64,000 nt of DNA from Tubulanus polymorphus (Eukaryota > Animalia > Nemertea), in assembly GCF_964204645.1 (NCBI RefSeq), contig NC_134026.1, forward strand, positions 22,354,150-22,418,149, in the 5' to 3' direction. Numbering within the stretch: the stretch's first letter is position 1; every line of letters begins with the position of its first letter. The notes beneath the pieces are model-generated. The model made no database searches. It saw only the letters and a list, made by a program, of their open reading frames with translations, and was not told the origin of the DNA. Shown here one piece after another: positions 45,201-59,248 of the stretch. Position numbers and translations under genes: made by a program.

Positions 45201-48152
45201 ACAATTATGTAATCGTGTAGTCATAGTCTCATTTCATCTTATACAACAGAAGCTTACAGGAAGCTGCACTTAATCATCTCATCTTATCACTAGTCTTCTC
45301 AATACAACATACGCTAGTCTTGTCTGCCATGGGTTAATAAACAGAGCACAACAGTAATCATTGCTGAATTTGATGACAACAATGGTGATGAGAAAGTGTT
45401 TCAAATCCCTAAACTAATACAGGCCAGCAATCAGATGATGATGATAATATGCAACACGAAAAAAGATCAAGAAATTTCCAGCACCACCTCGATCAACTAT
45501 GCGAAGAGTAAAAAATATTTTCAAAAAATGAAATGTTCGAAATTTCCTATTCGGAAGAAGACTTCAAAAAAACCAAATGCTACCCTTCCTAATCGGCACG
45601 CTGAAAAAAGGTCGTTGTTACTTACCGAACAAGTATTTTGTATATTCCATACGCGTGAGCGAGGTGATATAATCTCCGCTGACCGATATATACCGGCGTT
45701 ACGTTCTCGCATCGATGACAATATTCCACGATCTGTCAATTGCATAGAACGAGTCAACCTGTCTCAACGACTGTAGCATCGTATACAACTACCTACCAAA
45801 CTACAACAGCCGCCTCGAAAACGCCTCCAACTACTCTCTCCGGCTGTTACAGTGCACACTGTTGATACTTCCGACTGTGTTCCGGCAGTGACAAATTTAA
45901 TTGAAACATTAATTGGGATGATATCGTCAGTCGTCGGCTGTCTGCAGTTGTTGTTATTAACTTATTGAACCGGCGCAATTAACCCGCAATCGCTACGATG
46001 GTCACTTTTGTCTTTCATCCTCTGTCCGGCAGCCAACAACGCGCCCATGCAGGTAGATAGATAGATTTGGATAGATATCGATGATTGATTAGCAATTTAT
46101 TGAGAGAAGTAAAACCGATATACGAAGCGCGACAATAGATTTGCCTCGAATCAATGGACGCGACTCATGAATGGAGTCCGAATGCAACAGATGTGTTGTC
46201 GTCGTCGACGGAATGTCCGGCGGTCGCAGCGTCGCATAAATGACTCAAACATGTGACACATCTACGCATAACGGCGTCGCAGCGTAGTAATAGATCCCGC
46301 GATTCATGCATAGCATGACACACGCAACAGCATACGACTTACCACGCGGTGAAAGTATCCAATACGAAACACACGAATACGAATCCTACGACCGAGCTAC
46401 GGAGCGAACACCGGCTAACTGGTATCGGACGTAACGCTGCGGCGATACGGTATCCACGCTGGACTCTCAACACGCGCCATGATTTCGCTATCTGTACTCT
46501 AAAATGCCTGGCAATTAAGGGATGATCCACTGTAAATAATCAATAGGGGAGGAAGGCAGGCTACTGTTCTCTCTCTCCCGTGGAGAACTGAGTGAGGAAA
46601 TGCCAACCAACCGAGCTATAGCGATGCGGCGTTATCACCTGCCGAGATATGAATCATGTATAATATACAACAAAAAACGTCTTCAGCTGTGTATTAGCAA
46701 TACATCACGTTCTTCCGAGCAATGAGATATAGGCCTATTCGAATCATGTACCGATAACATATGCCGGAGTGCCTGGGTTGGTGACAATTCAAACATGTGT
46801 TACCGTAGCAGCGGTTTATGAGAAATTCAATACAATAAAAAAATATAACAGAAGCAGCTGAAGTGGCGTGGATTAAAAGCATGTTCGATGCATTCGAGAC
46901 GTACTCATTTTTTAAATGTCTCTCATGTCTCAAAAACAGTGCAATTCAATTATGTCAAAACTGAAATCGACGCATTATGATTTGTTGTTTCGATCACAAG
47001 ATGCCTTAATGTATGCCCTTCAGTACGATACGTATCTATTCCCTTAGGATATCTTCATCATAGTCGGTTCCACGGCAAAAGTACGCTAGTCGCGACATAA
47101 AAAAACAAGACGACGAATTCATAATTTATGCCAGCATTGATTATGCGAATTGGCCACAGCGGAAACATTAACGCCATCTGGCCACGCAGTTGCGAAGCAT
47201 ATCAGTTGGTACGCAACCATGGTAACGATAAACGAACTGGACGCGGACTTTTTTTAAAAACGTATTAAAACGTAGCAAACATATAAAACAGCAGTTCAAG
47301 TGAAAATTAATTCGCGTGAATTAATCTCACATTCCCAGGAAGTGAATTGTATTTCTTGCGTCGAAGTGGGTACATTTTTATGAAAAATCTAAACAGGCCA
47401 CGTTAAATTTGGAGGTAAAAAGATTCAAATGTGGACACTTGTTACCATACAATGTTGTCTACAGTGAATGACACGTGACAGTGAGTTATAACACATATTT
47501 CTAATGATAGAAATTGGTGAATAAAACGCACAAGAAGAAGATAAGAATGACAATATTGAAAGAAAACCAATACTCATTTAATAGAATTCCTATAATTGCA
47601 TCACTAATGGGCCACAGTCTATATATGTTGATAATGAATTTTCATGTCATTGACAATTCAATAACAATCAGATATGAATTCATCTGGGCAAAATATGATA
47701 TATGCATAATCTAGAGTTCAGACTTAACTTTTAGCTATACTAATTACATAGATTTTAATCATCTTAACGTGGATTTCATCAACGAAGATAGATAATTAAT
47801 TCTAAGATATCCAATGATCCATAAAGAATGAAATTTTACATTGAAAGAAGGATCGCTGTAATATCACCAATCCGAGAGAAGAATGGATGAAAGCTTGCGC
47901 TGTCAGCCTCTGAGATGCCATCTATACCTTTATCCGGCCAGTCAATCGTATTCGACAATAATGAAATATACAAAATCAGCATCGCTCGCACATCGTTATA
48001 ACATTGATATATTGCAGTATGACGACTACAGAACATATGTGTCATTCACGTCACAAACTATCTCAGAAAAGATGAAAAAATAAGAACTTGAAAATTGTTT
48101 CTTTACTTAGAACCTCAACTGTTAATCGATCAAAATTTGTATCAAAGACATG

Positions 48153-48450
48153 AGCCGTCGTCACACGGAGACGACTTGGGCCAAATTGGCACGATTCAGG
48201 CCCAAGTCAAATTTGGCCCGTGCCAATCAGAGAGCGCGTTCATACAAAAACCACTCATTCAACACTAAAACAATGTTTAAACTAAGCAAAGTAAGTCCCT
48301 CAGACCTGATCTGTGTCAATTTGACCCAGCTTTATCGTTTCTGTGTGGTCGTGCCTATAATTTGACCAGTGCTAAAATTTGCCCCGGGCCAAACAGGAAC
48401 AGGCCCATTTGGCACCAGTGTGAAAAATGGTTCCAGGCCAATTTGGCCAA
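48153..48450. mobile_element. Degenerate 'gggccaaatttgg'-family MITE copy
   Basis: Begins agccgtcgtcacacggagacgacttgggccaaattgg and is inverted relative to the 41.8-kb copy. Confidence 0.6.
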
Positions 48451-51400
48451 AAACAGACAAAAATATTCGAAAGAAAATTTAATTGCTTGCTTATATCACT
48501 TCAAAGATCATCTATATCCATATCCTGATCTCCCAAAGCTGTGAGTTAATTTTCTATTTGAATAGTTGAATCATGAATTAATCATAAAAAAATCAATCGG
48601 TTTTGGCCAGGGCTCAAATTGAAACACGATGTATTGAACAAAGCTCAAAAACCCATTTCGGATAAAATCATTTAAACTTTCATCAATAATTGAGATTGAC
48701 CTGAAAAAAACATTTTACAAGTGGTCTCGATGTATGAATGTTTATTCTAAAGTCTTCTATGTGGAAACAAAGATAAATATCCGTTCTTTCAATATACAGG
48801 GGGATTATTTCGCTTTGCTCCTGCATTGAGAGATGTAAGACATCTAGTTTTTATTTTGGGAGTATGGGACTGTAGAAATAACCCTCAATCGTTGTTGTTG
48901 AATGTGTTCAGCATACACGTACACAAAGAATAACTGATTACCTGCGGACATTACCGGTATGCCGTTAGGGACGCCAGTATCTGCAAATAAAAAAGGAAAT
49001 CGGCTTCCATCCTAGCCGATAATGGTTCCTGAGGGGACCTATGAATCAAAGTTGATAATACATATGCACTGATTTATCGTCCATTAGCGCACAGCCCGAC
49101 GTGCCCGTTCAAAGGAAGTTTTCATTTTAAACTCCATTAATTTTTCGAAGATTGGCATAGATCAAAACATTCGCAGGAAGTGAATAAAAAAGCCATAAAA
49201 ATGCATGATACGAACTTGATTAATGACTGGATAAGATGACACTGAATAACATTGCCTTTAAAAAAAATTGAATAATACGTAATCATTTCACCTTTACAAA
49301 AGAAAACAATTCCGAAAAACCAATCATCGTAAATCTAATTTAAATGTGTACGAAGATACGAAGCCCCCCCCCCCCCCCATTCAATTGTGTTAAGATCTGC
49401 AGCCCGAGGCATGTAATAAACCGCATATGTTTGCGTTCGACTGAAATTGCAGATAAAGTAAATCATTATTGTTTTCCAAGCGAAGATATCTAAAAGCATT
49501 AAGCTTAAGCGTTATGATTTATAATCGAATATTCCGATGGTTGATACGTCGATGAGATTTACTCGGATATATTTGAACAGGTTTCAAATTATGGCAACCT
49601 ACAACGCCGAGTTAATCAACGGCTGTTTGAAATGCCGACGCATTTAGTCTAAAATCCAGGACAAATAAAACATTTCAAGGAAGCGGATGAAATCCAAATC
49701 GTCGTACAGATCAACAGGCATAGCAACAATTGAATTTCGACAATTTCGAAGTGTGTTTTGTTGTTACAGTAAGAACCAATTAGGATTACATAGCAACGAT
49801 GTAGAATCCATATCAAAACTCATATAATCATGACTGGATCGCAGTATTGTCTGAGCAGAAATCCACATCCAACCATCCTCATTAAGCAGGTTCTACTGTT
49901 ACTGTATATATCAAGACTTCACTATTTCACAATATGTAATGACCCAGTACTGTAACCCAATAATAGTCTAAAAGTTGGTGCTACATCATGGACCTAATTC
50001 AAACTAACATGGCTACTTCCACTAGACGCATCACTCCATTAACTTGGATCGAAATACTACAATTCTCACCGCTGTTAAAGCTTGAGGCTCGAGACAGTTA
50101 ATTAGTTACACATAATTAGACATAGAGCAATGCCTGAGCAGGTCGGAATATTATTAAGAGCATTGACCATCATCAGGAAGCTGAGCTTGATAACCACGAC
50201 TTAGTCACAAAATCAATTGCTGCCAATACAGTCACTTGAAAATCTAATTACGGTATACTAGGTATTATCAAGATTAAAGAAGATAAATCAACAGAACTGG
50301 GCTTTTTCCTGTCGGCACATCTTAATTGTTTTTTTTTTCAGAGAGATCCATTTCATGCTTTACTGGACAATACTTTACACGTTACAAGTACCTCACACAG
50401 GCAGTCGGGGAATTCAGGGAAGGTAGTCATTCAGTTCCAACTACTGAATGATTGAAACCACAATTAACAACATCGATTTGAAACAAAATGAAATGAACAA
50501 AGAGTTAAAAGAATAGCCTCTGAAGTCCCGAGTGGGCTGAAAATAACGAAATAAATCTCATTTGAATCAAAATCCGTAGAAAGTGAAACCTTCGAATGGT
50601 TTTCATTGTTTCCAGTGCATATTCCTTCGATTTCACTCTTCATAAAATGCTAACAACTGTCCCCCTCCCCGTTTTGTTTGACAATATATTGCTGTATATT
50701 CGATAATCATGAAAAACATCTGCGACATTGATTTCGTTAGTAATTAATTCATGTTAGCGCTGGCTCCACGCACAAACAGTAACGCATACGCTAGTCGTGC
50801 ACCTTCAAAAATCAATTTAGCCCGAACTTCCTCGCAATAAGTCACGATACAAAGCAAACAATTAATTTTTCACGAAGGGTGGCAACGACGTATTTCCATC
50901 AGATGAAGTTGCTAGAAGTGCCGCCAATATGCCGCAAGTATCGAATTCATCACCAAATTGTAGCTAAAAATATCGACATTTCATAAGAAGTAATTTGACA
51001 CTTCATATTATAGTCACATTTGAGCTGGTATTGTATGTACAAGGATATTGATATATATGCAACAACTTGATATAATAGGCATACTAAAGTGGACATACAA
51101 ACAACAGGAGGCTTTAAAAAAGTGCCTACACGCATGAAGTTTTTCATAATCTTTTTTAAATTTCTAATTGCGAACACTTCATGAATAAAACAACCGATTG
51201 CAATGAGGCCAGGATCGAGGCACGATTGAAAGCAGTTCAGCAATAACACATTCAGATGAAAAAAAGATACTTGCGAGCAGTGTTTGAGCAAGTAACCGAT
51301 GAGGTACCTGCTGAAGAGGCCCGTAGACATGTTTCATAATAATCGAACATCATCACCACAAAATGACAAATCGAACAGAGGTTGAGGTGCACATCTCGTA

Positions 51401-52182
51401 AGACGCAGTCATGTATATAGATTGTTCTGACTTTAACAACCTTTTCATAATCGATATCACCGATGATATTGATACTCACCACGTAATAAATGAAGTATGT
51501 AAGTCTGAGTACAAGTGAGTGGATATTGAACCTGGGGAACTAAAATCTTAGAAATTACATCGGAACATTGAGAGATGGACGTGTACAAAGATGGAATTCT
51601 TGCCAATAGTTCAATAAGTAGAGTGTTATCGAGAGGAGAGATCTTCCTGGGTAAGTGCAACTTCAGCAAGGCCCGATCTTGAAAATCCAATCATATAAGC
51701 GTACATCAGAGAGTGACCTATCCAACATCATGGTCATGGTACTTCATGTGTACCATTTCATGACGATGGTCCGAGAGTAATTGTGAAAACGTGGAGAATA
51801 TATTGATGAAATGATGGGCTAAAGCAATAATCTAATGGTCCATCAGTAGATTTGTAGAAAATCCCCAACAGGAGCGGAAAACAGAGATCCAACCGAATTC
51901 TTGCGGTTCAAATGAACTCATATTCAAAAACCTACACTAAAAGTAAAACCAGACATTTTTCACACAAGATCTATTTCATCGATTGACAGCCCGATAGATA
52001 TCATCGCCGACTATATTCATTCCGTTGTCGTTTTGGTATGATTCGAGTGAACATGCACATCTCGCTCGCCCAATTCACATTTTGTGGCGTGATAAATTCG
52101 AGAAAATTGCTATAATTCTGTCATTCATATATGACAGCGTTACACTAGTAAGCTACAAGAACATCAGACTAAACCATTCGAC

Positions 52183-53348
52183 TGCGAGTTGCGACAAGGC
52201 GTCTTTTCCAAGCAGTAGAACAAGCACATAGTACAGGCACTTAGTTGCAGCATTCATTTTTTTCAAATAGCACTAAAAAGTGGTCGAACTAGTGGAAAAT
52301 GCCAACTCATTTCAAATTAAAAAGTATATGGATATCCTTTTGAAAATTAGTCCTAATCATTCCTACTTTTTAGTGAGGTAGGTCAGTCTTCGCACAATCC
52401 ACAACAGTTATGAAGACAATATCATCCTAAGATGGCTGGAGGTAAGTTTCGAAAAATCGAACAAATTATAGACTTGATCACTTTCTTAATGAACGAGTCG
52501 CCGAACGGAATATCTATTATAAGAATTATACATTCCGTACATACATTTCTCAATGGTCATAAGATTGTAAATGACAGTAAATTTGTGGCCACATTCGTTC
52601 GTGTTTGGCTCGTAATAAGCAGATCTGATATAAACTGATTTCATTTGACATTGGACACTGATTTGCATCAGATTTCGATATAAAATCCATAGCGCCACTT
52701 TGTATACAATTTCCTCGACATCGTTTACAAGTTATGATATTCCTGTACTGCAAACTCAACATATATTACCCATTATCAGCTTCCCAGTCAAACTTGACAG
52801 AATGGATATATTTTCTAATAAGGGGCTTCTTGAAGTTTTTATTAAAAAATATTGTGCTTGTGTGGAGATTTTCCTTTCATTCTCTCGACATATCTTGACT
52901 TATGTAAATAAGTGAGGAATGTTCTCTCATGACCTTCCAAACTGTTTTCGATAGTGCAGTGAATTTCCACGCAGTTTTTCTCCGGTTGCGAGTTGCGACA
53001 AGGCGTCTTTTCCAAGCAGTAGAACAAGCACATAGTACAGGCACTTAGTTGCAGCATTCATTTTTTTCAAATAGCACTAAAAAGTGGTCGGACTAGTGGA
53101 AAATGCCAACTCATTTCAAAATAAAAAGTATATGGATATCCTTTTGAAAATTAGTCCTAATCATGGATATATTTTCTAATAAGGGGCTTCTTGAAGTTTT
53201 TATTAAAAAATATTGTGCTTGTGTGGAGATTTTCCTTTCATTCTCTCGACATATCTTGACTTATGTAAATAAGTGAGAAATGTTCTCTCATGACCTTCCA
53301 AACTGTTTTCGATAGTGCAGTGAATTTCCACGCAGTTTTTCTCCGGTT
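52183..53348 (+). repeat. Complex local duplication A-x-B-A'-B'
   Basis: A 52183-52360 = A' 52987-53164 (2 substitutions). B 52802-52987 = B' 53163-53348 (1 substitution). Spacer x (52361-52801) is absent from the second copy. Confidence 0.92.
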
Positions 53349-56300
53349 TTTATGAATCCAACTGGCACTACAACCGAAATACAAATGTTTTCTTCGTTCC
53401 TCATTTTTTCGTCTTTCTCCTCGACTTTTATACGAGAACGCTCGCGTAACGCTGTAATAACCTTTCAAGTGGTTTTTCAATACTCCAGCAGATCATACGG
53501 GAAGTCATCGCCGTGAGACATTTCACTTAATTAAGAAAGATTGCGAAATCACCTGAAGCATTAAGCACGCGCTCATAGGCAAACGTATCCTTCATTCGAT
53601 GACAAGTCGCTACATTCTCTTAGAGCGCAACGACAACATCATCACCTCAACCTTCCACTCGGCGTTTCATAGCAGATAATTAATGGACAATCAGTAGACA
53701 ACAAGAAAACTAAGGTAATAAAACAACCCCCAGATTAAACACGTTGAATAATGAAACGAGCGCCAAGTGGCGACATTCACGCTTTCGGATGATTTCAAAG
53801 CTCGTAATGGACGTGATGTTTCGTCGTAGATGACGATGTCGCGGTGACTATTACCCATCGCCGCGGAAATGGATAATGACGGACGACGACGATGACTGAA
53901 ACAGTCGACTGAAAACAACTACGAGTTACGATGGAAACATTGATGAGTCAATTCATGTAATCGAGTGTTTTTTCATTGAGTTCGACGCGAAAGTGTGTGA
54001 TCTTTTTACAACCTAATCAACGGTACAAGGGCCTAGTGTATAGAATAATCCACAACGACAATGAGGACCCATTTGAGGCTGCTGCTGCTGCTACGTTAAG
54101 TGGGGGAAATCCACCAGGTGTGATAGGTAGGACATCAATGCTGGATTTCTTCTCACTTGATGTTTAATATCGATAAATTTCTATAATTCAATGACAAGAA
54201 TATATTCCATTTTCAGGGTGCCTGATATTACAAGCCTTGCTTTCCTCTGGTTGCTCCTCTGTTATTTTACATCTGTATGTATACATACATATACACATAT
54301 ATCTACGTGTAGAACAAATTAATAATTTTTTGATTCTGGTATCTATTGATTTAGTTATTAAATGAATAAATAAATGATTCGCCATTTTTTGGATGTGGGT
54401 ATCTAACAACCTAAATCAATCTTCAAGTATTTCTTAATTGGACCTCTGGTTGCGTGCTAGTGGGTGGGTCCTTTTCATCATTTAGGATAGGACATGCACA
54501 TTATCAGGAAATATATATAAATCAAGTAACATCATCTAAATCTTCATCTTCTTTTCTTTTTATCGAGCAAAAATACGGACGAATGCGGCTTTTGTCGTCA
54601 TGTCTAAATCTTTATCTCTCATTGTCTGGCTGTATATTTTGCAGGGATCACTCCCGTCTCGTGATCGACCAATCGTCTCGCCGTACAGACTAATATTTAC
54701 AACGCGATCATCGATTAAAAACAGCTATACAGACTGATCGTTAGATTGATCTTCAAACTAGACAGACTGTGAAATTAGGGGTTCCGTCCGGATGTGATTG
54801 ATCACCATTAACATCGATGCTGGCCTATTCTACGTAAATTTCAATACAAGGTCGGCGGCGTCGAATGGCACATTTCTTCCAACAACTATCATGCGTTTGC
54901 AAGAGTCATTTGGTGTCGCTGGAAGCAGATATTCATATAAATTTGTACTATATGTACACTGAACATTCCTCGCAGTGTCGTATTGATATTGACCTCATCT
55001 TCAGATGATCGTCATCAGACAATTACGTTTGGATGATAGCGCACTGTATATGTATTGTGTACATAGAGGCCGCCTCCCTCTACTCTGAATGCCATCATCT
55101 TCTACTTCAAATATTTGGCCATCATTTCACTCGGAGAAGGTATGAATTGTCCAGATCGGCGGCTAACATTTATCGGTGAGTGGCTGATAATGACCATAAA
55201 GTAATCTTATCTACGCAGGTGCAAACCACTGACTCGCGTGATCGTCCTCGCTGCAATGGAGCTTACTGCGGAAATTGAGGATCCACCAGGTGCCCTTGCA
55301 GTTCGTAAATTAGTGGTTTAGATTTCAACAAAAGATTTGTTGTGCCGATCAGTAATAAACTACTAAGTATTGTATCATTAATCCCATCTTCTCGAGAATC
55401 AGGAGTTGAAGCATCCACATTAAGTTTACTGAAATGAACATGTGTCCAACTGTTGGTCATGCCATCTGGTGGAATACCTTGGTGTCTCAGTCACTGTTAC
55501 TTCCTATCCATGGAAAACAAAAAAAAATCCAAAACTAGGAGTATTGAAAGATCTTTCTAATTCATAAATTGAGTCTGTATAAAAAAACAATACTTTGCAT
55601 TATCCCAGTCAATCATATCGGATACATGTAAATATTTCAGTAGGCAGATAATGAATACACTTCAAATTTCAAAATTGCAGCATCGAATGAAATAGGATAC
55701 GATCATCAAAAATTCAGAACTATCTGTTGAGGGTTTTGGCTCGGTGATGCAAGCTTCAGTCCGCGCAGCAGCCACCCTCTGTAATGCGTTATACAAGCAA
55801 TGCCATGGATTGAAGAAGACAGAATTCGATTTATCGTATTCCACTTCAAATCCCGGAATGACTTCAACATGTAATGTATCCACAGATTATGCGCAACACA
55901 TGCCTACTACCCATGGGTACAATTGTTCAAATTGGAATCCAACATCAGAAAATCATAAACCTCAGAGACAAAGTCTATGAGAATATAATAATGAGACAGG
56001 ACATTTTCTTCATGGACAATGCATCAACGTTTTTTGCATGCATATGGTATACAACACCATACAGCAAATATTGTGATCCATTATACAATTCAAATACATG
56101 AATTGGTCTTTGTAAAAGCGAGGTAACTCAATGATACCATTAGGAAATAACCTCTGTTTTTTATCCAAGAGACAAATTTGCTTTGTTATTATAAGTCATA
56201 GGTCTTTCATGTACTTAAGTCTCATCAGTCCTGCAATCCAGACCAGAAATTTGCTTGGTCAATGGTTCTTATTTGGTTTACCCATCCATTGGGAAATAGA

Positions 56301-58680
56301 AACTTCGAACTGGCAGGCGTTTAAAAAAAGATATCCAGGATATCTATCTATGCATTTGAAACTTGTTGGATTTGATCAAGCAATTATTAATGGACCCTAT
56401 GGCCATTATTGGCTGGTCGCATTCACGAAGACACTACACTATACCCATGGGCTGCTGCTCTTTAATCTGTCTAAGAATCAATGGAACAGTTGACGATAAT
56501 TAATTAAGCAGTGTGCATTAAGCGATTTACAGACTTAGTTAATGAAACTAAGTCTCCGGACCAGCGAACAATGATCATTGGAAATGACAAACCAGACACT
56601 ACATAATCCAGTCTAGGGAGTATCGAATGTGAAACAGCACCGCAAGGTATTTTTCATTAAAACCATTACTGTTTGAGCTAAGCTCATTAAAACCGTTCTG
56701 GCAGGAGAGGCTTATTAGTCGACAGCAAACGCCAGTGAGTTTAATCGAAGCCTTATGTTACTGTACACAAATTTTCAATCGCAGTCAAAATCGATGCCTG
56801 CCAAGAGAAAAAGAGAGGTGAGAGAGGAGAGAGTGGGAGGACGGAGAGACTATCACGGCACAGAAAAAATGACAAGTTCTTGAATTAATTTCCGAAGATT
56901 AAAATCAATTTCGATTGACGTCCGTGCCGCACAATCTGCAAATCGATTTCAACTCAAGGTAAACTTGCGACTGCGAGGGCAACGATCCAATGATATTTCG
57001 CCGACGCCGATATGAAAATGACCAAGCCAGAAGAAACGCTCATCCTACAAAAAGCCGCAGGAGCAATCGGATCGGTCTGATATCGACAACGGCTCTGTCA
57101 ACACGACGATTGACACAGCAATAAAAAATATCACCAGAATCTAATAAACTGTTGCCGGAGATATGGGCGCAGTCTGTATGACGGTTTCTATCTGGTTATA
57201 TGTAAATACATACATATCTATACCTTTCAAAGTAAAAGCATTCATTTGCCATCAAAATCATACCTGTTTCACTGATTTTGTACGAGGCGAAGCGAAGACT
57301 CGAACAAATTTGCCTTATTGATGCGCTGATATACAGCAATTTTGAAGTCACTTTCTCATGAGAAAGATTCCAGGCAGTCAATGATGGAACTGGCAACCTT
57401 ACGCACGTATACCTACCTACGTAACAATTATCGATGTTTTGCCGAGCAGGATTTTTAAAGTTGTCTAACAACGTATGATTTTCGCACTTTTTCTCTCAGA
57501 ACTCACGGCGTAGAAAGTGGATAACAGTTTCTCGGTTATTGATTGGATGATTACTACGTAGCTGTAAGGATTTTGAGATTGATAGATACCTGTAAGGACT
57601 AAGGGATATTAGCCGATGCCAATAATTGCCGTATCGTGTGTACGGCAATCTATAATTCTCCCCTGGAACGATTTCATCACCATCGGAATCATCCTAAATC
57701 ACTTCCAGCAAGAAGCGGAAAGTTTGATCTGCCGAGAGATCTTCGCAGACGAAGTTTCCAACAGCAATTCTATCAATCTCCCAGAAAGAGAAAAAAAAAC
57801 AGTCAGCGATACAAGGAAGAAAAATATTCTGCATCGTTCGCAATGTGTGATAGTCATTCAAAAGAGATGATTTTTCAACTCGGTCACAATAGCAATATCT
57901 GAAGGCAATATTTTAACATGATGGATGCCGGTCTTCGTTTGACCCTGTAGATCATTTGCGTTTCACCTTTTTCTTGTAGCTGTTCGCCAGGAAACATTTG
58001 TCACGAAGTCGATTTCACGTCGGTGACAAGCCGAATGGCTATTCCCTTCATCGTCGTCATGCGCTCTCTCGAAGCATCAGTAAAAGTGACTTATATATCG
58101 TTGGACGTCGAGGCATCCATCAAATCAATCCTTTCAGCAACAGCAGCGAAGTCGACTTAATGCCACGAGGGATGCGCAATATTAACAACCATATCATCGC
58201 AATTACCTTAATAGTCTCCGACAATAATCAGTATCATGTGAAATAGATAGACGCAGACGGACGTAACTTCCTCTCACTTCTAACAGAGCTTCATTTTTAA
58301 CGACAATTACAGTAGAATCCACTCGAGTTGGATCATTTGATAGGATCAGGCTTAGGCGGAGTCTACTGTACATCAAATTAAACAAAGTTTCAACAACCCG
58401 TTCATCAATCATGATATACACTACTAAACGATAATAAGAGGGTTCAGTCAATGTTGTGCAACTAAATCCCATTTGTACATCAAAACTAGACATCACTAAG
58501 AGTTTAGGTTCAGTCAGTAGGGCTTCAAGCAAACCCTGGAAAGTGGTTCCAATAAAGCTTAAAAGTTACAAATGTAAAGCATATATTAAGCATATAGATA
58601 AGTATTTCAATGGGGATAACACTTCTATTCCGATTTTTTAGGAATACAGCTTTCATGTCGGTGAGGGCCAGCGTACTTAC

Positions 58681-59248
58681 CGTGCTGCCAGACCATCTGG
58701 CTGTATTTCTTGCACGAAAATACCGAGTTCGCCTCGACTTTCGCTCTTCAGCCCGACCACGCTGAAACCAAGACTGGCGTTTTCAGGCTTGAACAAGTCG
58801 ATGACGAGCGTATCGCGGTCATTTGCCATCTGGATGACGGCTGCTTCAAACTCTTCCGGATCGAATGGTTTCTCTTCGTACATCGGCGTCGCCGCGACCA
58901 TGTCGTAGGTTTCATTTTCGTACGCGATCTCTTCGTTTTCGGTTAGCGGTTCTCCGTTTTCATAACCGCTCGGGCCTTCGCCGGTTTCCAGTCGCGACTG
59001 CAGCTCCTCCGACACGATCAAATCGCCGCTTTCAGGACAGAAGTCGAAGTCATCCGCGTGGATCAAGGCGCCGCTTTGGTGATATCTCTTCAATTCGGCG
59101 ATGGAATCTTGAATCGTCAAAAGCTGATTGAAGAGTGGACTTTCTAACATGTGAATCAAAGCGGCGAGATCCTGTTCATCGCTGACATCACCTTTACTAT
59201 TCAGTTTCTCCTGAAGCCGTTCGAGCAGCTGTAGGGCATCCTGAGACT
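58681..59248 (-). CDS. MPDZ: MPDZ/PATJ-like scaffold, coding exon: L27 domain, acidic linker and first half of PDZ1
   Basis: Acceptor ttctcattgcag| (AG at 59250-59249) and donor CG|gtaagt (58680). 568 nt, phase 1 to phase 2. Translates SQDALQLLERLQEKL...LESPLFNQLLTIQDSIAELK (L27) ... LFKPENASLGFSVVGLKSESRGELGIFVQEIQPDGLAAR, typical of MPDZ/PATJ PDZ1. Confidence 0.95.

Noticed and set aside
58710-59131. Plus-strand ORFs overlapping the L27 exon (also 384-626)
   Set aside because: Antisense shadows of GC-richer coding exons.
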